Below, piece after piece: positions 1 to 6,300 of a stretch of DNA of 7,021 bases (its first letter is position 1; each line of letters opens with the position of its first letter). The stretch comes from a virus (Duplodnaviria > Heunggongvirae > Uroviricota > Caudoviricetes). The position numbers were made by a program, and so were the translations under genes. The notes beneath the pieces were generated by a model. That model was given only the letters and a program-made list of their open reading frames with translations. It was not told the origin of the DNA and did not search any database. Location: the IMG/VR virus record IMGVR_UViG_2681813316_000021, one strand, 5' to 3'.

Positions 1-94
1 TACGCCTCGGGCTGGCTACTTAACCCCTGACCACTGCCGGGTAACTCGAAGTATTGCCCTGCATTCTGTGGGGCGGGGTGGGTGGTAGGTATAT

Positions 95-138
95 AATGTA
101 CTTTGCGTTCATTGTTTTAAAGTACTTTTAGTACATTT
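95..138. promoter_or_regulatory. Cluster of GTAC-core palindromic motifs (AATGTACTTT at 95-104, perfect 10-bp palindrome AAAGTACTTT at 119-128, TAGTACAT at 130-137); candidate left-hand operator set for the adjacent repressor
   Basis: Read directly: GTAC cores at 98-101, 122-125 and 131-134. The ATGTACT motif recurs in the repressor/cro intergenic region (657-663 and 681-687) with the same 24-bp centre-to-centre spacing. A consensus TATAAT sits at 92-97. Confidence 0.3.
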
Positions 139-211
139 TGTGTGTAAAAAAATGAGATGGGATAAAGTGAAGCACAAACCCGGAGGAAGGCGCTACCGGA
201 TTTATGCTGGT

Positions 212-631
212 TTAAGAGGCTTTTTGTTTTTTCTTTCGTGCTAACTCTTCGTAAATTGCATTGTACTTCTGTTTTTTCTCTTCAAGAGTTTTTAAAAGTT
301 CATCTGTCTCACTGTCAGGGAGCTCGTCCAGAAGGTCAATGATGATTTTTTGTCTTGGATTTAACTCCTGATAGAAACGTACCTGTCCACTTTCTTCTGT
401 ATCCTCTCCCAAAAGATAGGTTGGTGTTGTTCCTATTAGTGTTGCTAATTCCCTTAATTTCTCCCGGCGAGGAATTGTTTCGCCATTAAACCATTTGCTA
501 ACCGCTTTTGGTGTTAATTTCATTCGACGGGCAATTTCTGCCTGCCTTCCATGTTGTTCATAACCAGCGTTTTCACAGGCTAGCGCAAGCCTACTGGCGA
601 ACTCTTTACGCGCTTTATCTTCATGAACCAT
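212..631 (-). CDS. XRE-family helix-turn-helix phage repressor (CI/RacR-like), 139 aa, no C-terminal peptidase S24 domain
   Basis: ORF track. N-terminal HTH-like segment (GRQAEIARRMKLTPKAVSKWFNGETIP...). Divergent from a cro-like gene, the classic immunity-region layout. Lysine-rich C-terminus. No obvious Shine-Dalgarno upstream of the ATG, so possibly leaderless. Confidence 0.75.
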   Translation of the reverse strand: MVHEDKARKEFASRLALACENAGYEQHGRQAEIARRMKLTPKAVSKWFNGETIPRREKLRELATLIGTTPTYLLGEDTEESGQVRFYQELNPRQKIIIDLLDELPDSETDELLKTLEEKKQKYNAIYEELARKKKQKAS

Positions 632-710
632 AAGTTCAATGATATTCGCTCTTGAATGTACTGTCAGTTCTGTTATAGCATGTACTCAAAGTTCACATTG
701 TGAGGGTGAT
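632..710. promoter_or_regulatory. Divergent repressor/cro intergenic control region with repeated ATGTACT motifs and candidate cro promoter (TTGAAT 652-657, about 17 bp, TATAGC 674-679)
   Basis: Direct reading: GAATGTACTG (654-663) and GCATGTACTC (678-687) are direct repeats 24 bp apart; AAGTTCA is repeated at 632-638 and 689-695. A 79-bp gap between divergent HTH genes is typical of an operator/promoter switch. Confidence 0.5.
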
Positions 711-965
711 ATGAACCAGAAAACACTTGAAGATGTAATCAAAACTGTTCGCGTTGCTGTTGTGGCCGACGTTTGTGGTGTCAGCCAAAGAGCAATCTAT
801 AAATGGATGGATAACGGAAAATTGCCTCGCACAGAATATACCGGCGAAACAAATTACGCTGAAAAAATCGCTCTTGCATCAAACGGATTATTTTCTGCCG
901 ATGCAATTTTAACTATTGGCAGGAATAAAACTACTACGAAAAAGCTGATGGGAGTTGATTCATGA
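711..965 (+). CDS. Cro/YdaS-like small HTH DNA-binding protein (about 84 aa from the ATG at 711; the ORF track opens at 639)
   Basis: GAGGGTGA Shine-Dalgarno immediately upstream of the ATG at 711. HTH-like segment VADVCGVSQRAIYKWM. Divergent from the repressor. Stop overlaps the next start (ATGA at 962-965). Confidence 0.6.
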   Translation: MNQKTLEDVIKTVRVAVVADVCGVSQRAIYKWMDNGKLPRTEYTGETNYAEKIALASNGLFSADAILTIGRNKTTTKKLMGVDS

Positions 966-1387
966 AAATCAAGCATGAACACATCCGCATGGCGATGAAT
1001 GCCTGGGCGCGTCCTGATGGCGAAAAAGTTCCGGCAGCTGGAATAACCCAGGCTTATTTTGAGTTGGGTATGACGTTTCCTGAACTGTACGACGACAGCC
1101 ATCCGGAAGCCCTGGCTCGCAATACCCAGAAAATTTTCCGCTGGGTAGAGAAAGACACCCCTGATGCTGTTGAAAAAATTAAGGCGTTGTTGCCAGCGAT
1201 CGAAAAGGCAATGCCACCTTTGCTGGTGGCCAGAATGCGCAGCCACAGTTCAGCTTATTTTCGGGAGCTGGTGGAGACGCGGGAGCGATTGGTGAGAGAC
1301 GCTGATGATTTTGTCGCAGTGGCAATCGCCGGTTTCAATCAGATGAACCGTGGTGGCCCGGCAGGAAATGCTGTGGCAGTACATTGA
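962..1387 (+). CDS. YdaT/CII-like phage regulatory protein, 141 aa
   Basis: Sits directly after the cro-like gene and is translationally coupled to it. The N-terminus MKIKHEHI and the length recall Rac-prophage YdaT-family proteins; this is from memory, not a search. Confidence 0.5.
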   Translation: MKIKHEHIRMAMNAWARPDGEKVPAAGITQAYFELGMTFPELYDDSHPEALARNTQKIFRWVEKDTPDAVEKIKALLPAIEKAMPPLLVARMRSHSSAYFRELVETRERLVRDADDFVAVAIAGFNQMNRGGPAGNAVAVH

Positions 1388-1458
1388 CTGACAATAGTCA
1401 TATCGAATCGCTTCCGGCAACTCGTGAGTAAAAAGATTCGGTATCAGAAGAGGTGAGT

Positions 1459-2529
1459 ATGGCTAACGCCTGGCTCAGATTATGGCATGACATGCCAAAT
1501 GACCCTAAGTGGCGAACAATTGCCAGGGTGTCAGGGCAGCCAATTGCAACAGTGATGGCAGTGTATATCCACCTCCTGGTGAGCGCGTCACGAAATGTCA
1601 CGCGAGGTCACATTGATGTCACGACAGAAGATTTGGCAAGTGCGCTCGACGTGACAGAAGAGGTAATTGATTCAATTTTGCAGACGATGCAGGGGCGGGT
1701 ACTTGATGGTGATTTAATCACTGGATGGGAAAAACGCCAGGTGCTTAAAGAGGACAACGGCAATATTTCGCAAACCGCAAAATCTCCGGCAGAGCGCAAG
1801 AGGGCGCAGCGTGAGAGGGAAAGAAAGCGGGAACAAAATGGCGATTGTCACGACGCGTCACGAAATGTCACGCACATGTCACGACGAGTCACGACAGATA
1901 AAGATACAGATAAAGATACAGATCAAGAAGATCAAAATACTATGGTTCATGGCGTAAAAAACGCCACGAACCAGGCAGGGGATGTTCAGACCGTCAACCC
2001 TGGTCAGCCAGCAGGCACGACACCGGAAGCCGATTCAGCGTATGCGCTGAAAGCCGATTCGGGCGCTGTGCAGCAGGTGATGACCGCAAGGCCGGAGCAA
2101 TCACACCAACTGCAGCAGCCTGAAGCCGATTCCGCCATTCAGCGGGAAGCCGATCGGGTAGTCCCGGAAAACACCGGGCAGCCTGTGGGACGAGTGGATT
2201 ATCCGGATGTGTTCGAACAGATCTGGCGGGAGTACCCGTTGCGTGCCGGGGCAAACCCGAAGAAATCCGCTTTCAGTGCCTGGAAGGCCAGATTACGCGA
2301 GGGGGTGCCACCAGAGGCCATGCTGGATGGCGTGAGGCGTTACGCAAGATACCTGGCGGTTACCGGGAAAACGGGAACGGAATTTGTTCAGCGAGCGACG
2401 ACGTTTTTTGGACCGGACCGGAATTTTGAAAACCCCTGGTTGCTCCCGGTAAACGGCACGAACAACCAGCGTTGTGTGAATCATATTTCTGAACCGGATA
2501 CCGAAATTCCGCCGGGCTTCAGGGGGTAA
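1459..2529 (+). CDS. Putative phage replication initiation protein (lambda O-like role) with iteron origin inside the gene; ATG at 1459 preferred over GTG at 1453
   Basis: GAGGTGA Shine-Dalgarno before the ATG at 1459. Two clusters of GTCACG iterons and an AT-rich tandem repeat lie inside the ORF. Acidic, low-complexity linker (DKDTDKDTDQEDQN). C-terminal segment FEQIWREYPLRAGANPKKSAFSAWKARL resembles a motif I associate with phage replication proteins. Confidence 0.6.
   Translation: MANAWLRLWHDMPNDPKWRTIARVSGQPIATVMAVYIHLLVSASRNVTRGHIDVTTEDLASALDVTEEVIDSILQTMQGRVLDGDLITGWEKRQVLKEDNGNISQTAKSPAERKRAQRERERKREQNGDCHDASRNVTHMSRRVTTDKDTDKDTDQEDQNTMVHGVKNATNQAGDVQTVNPGQPAGTTPEADSAYALKADSGAVQQVMTARPEQSHQLQQPEADSAIQREADRVVPENTGQPVGRVDYPDVFEQIWREYPLRAGANPKKSAFSAWKARLREGVPPEAMLDGVRRYARYLAVTGKTGTEFVQRATTFFGPDRNFENPWLLPVNGTNNQRCVNHISEPDTEIPPGFRG
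1584..1623. repeat. Iteron cluster 1: four GTCAC(G/A) repeats at about 10-11 bp periodicity (1587, 1597, 1607, 1618), plus an inverted copy CGTGAC at 1650-1655
   Basis: Direct reading. The 20-bp block CGCGTCACGAAATGTCACGC at 1584-1603 recurs exactly at 1854-1873. Confidence 0.6.
1847..1894. repeat. Iteron cluster 2: five GTCACG repeats at about 10-11 bp periodicity (1847, 1857, 1867, 1878, 1889)
   Basis: Direct reading. Contains the exact 20-bp repeat of cluster 1. Helical-turn spacing is typical of initiator binding sites. Confidence 0.65.
1897..1938. repeat. AT-rich tandem repeat (GATAAAGATACA twice, then GATCAAGAAGATCAAAAT) immediately downstream of iteron cluster 2; candidate DNA-unwinding element
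   Basis: Direct reading. AT-rich tract adjacent to iterons, the same arrangement as in the lambda-type origin. Confidence 0.45.
2027..2154. repeat. Four direct copies of AAGCCGAT (2027-2034, 2051-2058, 2123-2130, 2147-2154), arranged as two pairs each 24 bp apart
   Basis: Direct reading. The copies fall in the Pro/Gln/Ala-rich linker of the replication protein (peptide-level repeats PEADSA / KADSG / PEADSA / READR). Confidence 0.4.
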
Positions 2530-2569
2530 GTGTTTATTTCAGGTCATGAGGTAATTTTCAGGAGGACTT

Positions 2570-2992
2570 GTGGCAAAAGTATTTACACAAGAAGAGCGAG
2601 AAAAAATTAAAGGGCAGGTTGTTGAACTCGTACGCCAGAGTGGGCGTGAGACGTTACGACAACTGGAAGTCAAGACAGGTGCGACAAGATATCTGATGAG
2701 CGTTCTCGCGAGAGAGCTGGTTGCCAGCGGTGATGTATACAATTCTGGTTACGGGTTATTCCCGTCTGAACAGGCGCGTAAGGACTGGCAAAATGCCCGT
2801 AAAAAGCTCTCAAGGGCAAAGCTGAAGAAACCATCTGCGGTTGATCCGGACCTTATCTGGTCATTACCTGATGGAGAAATACGTCGTTACGACAGGCATC
2901 ATAATATAATTTGTACTGAGTGTCGTAAAAGCGAAGTTATGCAGCGCATATTGTCGTTTTATCAGGGGAATGTTCGGTATTTATTAAAGTGA
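2570..2992 (+). CDS. Hypothetical small basic protein, 140 aa, GTG start, with C-terminal HHx3Cx2C motif (possible metal-binding or DNA-binding regulator)
   Basis: ORF track. AGGAGGA Shine-Dalgarno upstream of the GTG at 2570. Host-like base composition. I do not recognise a family. Confidence 0.5.
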   Translation: MAKVFTQEEREKIKGQVVELVRQSGRETLRQLEVKTGATRYLMSVLARELVASGDVYNSGYGLFPSEQARKDWQNARKKLSRAKLKKPSAVDPDLIWSLPDGEIRRYDRHHNIICTECRKSEVMQRILSFYQGNVRYLLK

Positions 2993-3301
2993 CGAGATTA
3001 AAATGCATTAGTTAAGATGTGAATTGACATTTTGTGGCACAGGATAGAGCTATCGTGGTTGTCCGCTTTGTGCCAGAAGCGGAAGTTAGAAATTATCTGC
3101 CAACCGATAAGATGGCTGCCTAAGTCGTAGCGATTCAGCACTGTTTTAGCGGCGCTCGATTGCAAAGTCGTGCTTTGCTGACTTGCGATTGTGCTCTTTA
3201 CGAGCAAAGCTTTCAGGTATAGTAAGTGCTAACTGTAGTGTAAAATTATAGGGATAGATGAAGAAAACAACGAGGCTTTAGCTAATCTTTGCAGTTGTGT
3301 C

Positions 3302-3310
3302 TGCTATAAT
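3302..3310 (+). promoter_or_regulatory. Candidate extended -10 promoter element TGcTATAAT about 80 bp upstream of the large ORF
   Basis: Direct reading: TG at 3302-3303 and TATAAT at 3305-3310. No good -35, which is tolerated for extended -10 promoters. A GAAGGGA Shine-Dalgarno precedes the ATG at 3392. Confidence 0.35.
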
Positions 3311-3391
3311 AAGGCGAAATTTTATCTGCATGATTTTGTTTGATTAACTCCGAAAGCCAGCTCTCTCGGTGAAGATTGGGAAGGGATATCA

Positions 3392-6300
3392 ATGAGTGAT
3401 GATAGCTATAAATTTCAAAAGTTAACTCCGTTCAGCGATGTTGAGCTGGGTGTATATAAAAATGCGATAGATTTTGTTTTTGCCAATAACGATCTAAAAA
3501 ATGTTGCGATATCAGGGCAATATAGCGCAGGAAAAAGTAGTCTTATCGAATCCTATAAGAAAAGTCATTCAAATATAAAGTTTGTTCATATCTCACTTGC
3601 TCATTTCAGATCGATTGAGGAAGCTGAAACTAATGAACCAAGTAAAGATATAAATGAAACCGCGTTAGAAGGTAAAGTTCTTAACCAGTTAATTCACCAA
3701 ATTAATGCTGATGATATTCCCCAGACACATTTTAAAGTAAAGAAAAAAATAAAAACTAACAACATTGTGATAAACACCATCTTTACGGTGTTATTTATCG
3801 CCATGATACTACATATCACGCTATTTAATAAGTGGGAAAAGTTTGTTTCACTTTTATCTGAAGGTAATATAAAGACACTACTTACATTATCAACTAAATA
3901 CGATACGCTTTTAATTAGTGGGTTTATATGTACTATCCTATCTTGTATTTTCATTTACAAGTTAATAAAAATCCAAAAGAATCGTAATGTTCTTAAGAAA
4001 ATAAATTTACAGGGTAATGAAATAGAGATTTTTGAAGAAAGTAACGAGTCTTATTTCGATAGATATTTAAATGAAGTATTGTACCTTTTCGAGAACGTTG
4101 ATGCTGATGCCATTGTTTTTGAAGACATGGACCGTTTTAATAGTAATAACATCTTTGAACGTCTTCATGAGGTTAACAGACTGGTTAATATTCAACGGGA
4201 CACAGCAGGGCACAAGAAATCGACGTTACGTTTTATTTACTTGCTTCGTGATGATATCTTCATTTCGAAGGATAGAACCAAATTCTTTGATTATATCATT
4301 CCAGTTATTCCTGTTGTTGATAGTTCTAACTCTTACGATCAGTTTATCACACATTTTGATGGTGGTGGTATTCTCAAGTTGTTCAATGAAAGATTTCTAC
4401 AAGGGATGTCTTTATATATTGATGATATGAGAATATTGAAGAATATTTATAACGAATTTCAAATTTATTATAACAAATTAAACACGACAGAACTTGACTG
4501 TAATAAAATGTTGGCCATTATTGCCTATAAGAATATTTTCCCAAGAGATTTTAGTGAGTTGCAACTTAATCAAGGTATGGTTTATACCATATTTAGTGAA
4601 AAAGACAACCTTATTATTGAAGAAATAAAGAAAATAGAAAAAGATATTAGAGATAGAAAAAAAGAGATTGAGGCAATCAATGATGAAATACTCAACTCTA
4701 GTCAGGAGGTTGATGCTATATACGATAAGGAATTATCTAGATATAATAATCATCCTCACTATAATCAGGCTGAGAAAGCTGATATAGCAAAGAGAAGGGC
4801 GGCTAGAAAAGAAAGTGTTGAAAATAAATTTAATGGTAAAATAGAAGAAATTAATGAGCTTATATCAAGATCAAGAGAAAGTTTGGTTGATTCTAGAAAC
4901 AAAAGACTTAAAGAAGTAATAACTAGAGAAAACATTGATGAAATATTTAAACTCACCTATACCAATGAAATTGGAGAGGAAAGAGACTTTAATGAAATAA
5001 AAAGCAGTGAGTATTTTGACTTGCTTAAATACCTTATTCGTGATGGTTATATTGATGAAACCTATACCGACTATATGACCTATTTTTATGAAAATAGCCT
5101 GAGTCGAATTGATAAGATGTTTTTACGCAGCATTACCGATCAAAAAGGCAAAGAGTTCACTTATCAACTCAAGAACCCCAAGCTGGTCGTTGCCCGCCTT
5201 CGAGAAGTGGATTTTGAACAGGAAGAGGCGCTTAATTTTGATTTATTAGCTTATCTGCTTCAAACGCCAGCCCAGGTAAACTTAATAAAACGTTTATTCA
5301 AACAACTAAGAAAAGATAGAAGAGTTGAGTTTATTCGTGGTTACTTTGAAACTGAGAGGGCTCAGCCTGTCTTCATTAATCGATTAAATACACAGTGGCC
5401 TGAGTTTTTTTCTTATGCGCTGACAGAGAGTGAATTTTCTGCTGATTGGGTTAAACTCTACTCTATAGGCACGTTTTATTATTCTGCCAATGACGCCATC
5501 GAGGCCATTAATATTGATGATTGTCTGACTGATTACATCTCTGATTCGGCAGGTTATTTAGCAATATCAGAACCGAAGGTTGACAAATTAATTAGTGGTT
5601 TTAAGTTGCTTAACGTCTCTTTTGTCAGTATTAAATTTGAAAACGCAAATAAAGTACTCTTTGATGCGGTTTACCAGCATTCACTTTATGATATTAATTT
5701 TTCCAACCTGACCTTAATGCTGAGTAAGGTTTACACGCTTAATAGTGAAGATGATATTCGCCATAAGAACTATACACTAGTGATGTCACAACCTGATTCT
5801 CCCTTGGCTAGTTATGTTAATAACCATATTAGGGACTATCTGGATATGGTTTTATCTAGTTGTGATGGTTCAATCGTGGATGATGAATCCATTGTTTTAT
5901 CCGTTCTTAATAATGAGGGAATATCTGATGAACAAAAAGGCCAGTATATAAACGCTTTGCAAACTTTCGTGACATCTCTGAGTGAGGTTGAGAGCGAATC
6001 TTTATGGTCATCTTTGTTGGATAAAGATAGAGCAGTGTGCTCTGAGGAAAATATTGTCTCTTATTTTGAACATGTTGATGGACTGGATGACTCACTTATC
6101 GAATTTATCAATAGAACTGATGTAGACCTGAATTTTCAAAATATTAATATTGATAACGAGCTTAAAGGTAAATTATTTAAATCGATTGTTATCTGTAATG
6201 ATTTATCAAATGATAAATATGAAAAATTAATTTGCTCACTAAATATTATTTGTAAAGCATCCTTTAGCGCTAGTAATATCGCGAGTGATAAGTTCAAAAT

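Noticed and set aside
68-85. G-rich tract GGGGCGGGGTGGGTGG as a G-quadruplex motif
   Set aside because: Only three runs of three or more G plus a GG; not a clean four-run G4 motif, and no functional context is visible.
1-90. tRNA gene or attachment site at the left edge
   Set aside because: No T-loop (GTTCGAATC-like) or cloverleaf-compatible sequence recognised. The region may be the tail of a gene truncated by the window edge; it cannot be resolved from this window.
854-1246. Minus-strand 130-aa ORF overlapping the cro-like and YdaT-like genes
   Set aside because: Fully antisense to two better-supported plus-strand genes; no Shine-Dalgarno or recognisable motif. Treated as a frame artefact.
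1584-1894. Possible CRISPR array (short regularly spaced repeats)
   Set aside because: The repeats are 6-bp cores at 10-11 bp periodicity inside a coding frame, with no 25-40 bp repeat/spacer structure. They are iterons, not CRISPR.
1398-2742. Minus-strand ORFs 1398-1601, 1608-1799, 1994-2254, 2293-2484 and 2539-2742
   Set aside because: All lie antisense within or across the replication gene and the downstream small gene. Their low-complexity Ser/Pro/Arg-rich translations are typical of antisense frames of GC-balanced coding DNA.
3024-3053. Promoter from consensus -35 TTGACA (3024-3029)
   Set aside because: No acceptable -10 hexamer at 16-18 bp spacing (GAGCTA / AGCTAT), so not reported as a feature; noted only within the structured-spacer finding.
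2998-3207. Minus-strand 69-aa ORF in the spacer
   Set aside because: Non-ATG (TTG) start, no visible Shine-Dalgarno, and it overlaps the inverted-repeat region. More likely non-coding, but a small protein cannot be excluded without conservation data.
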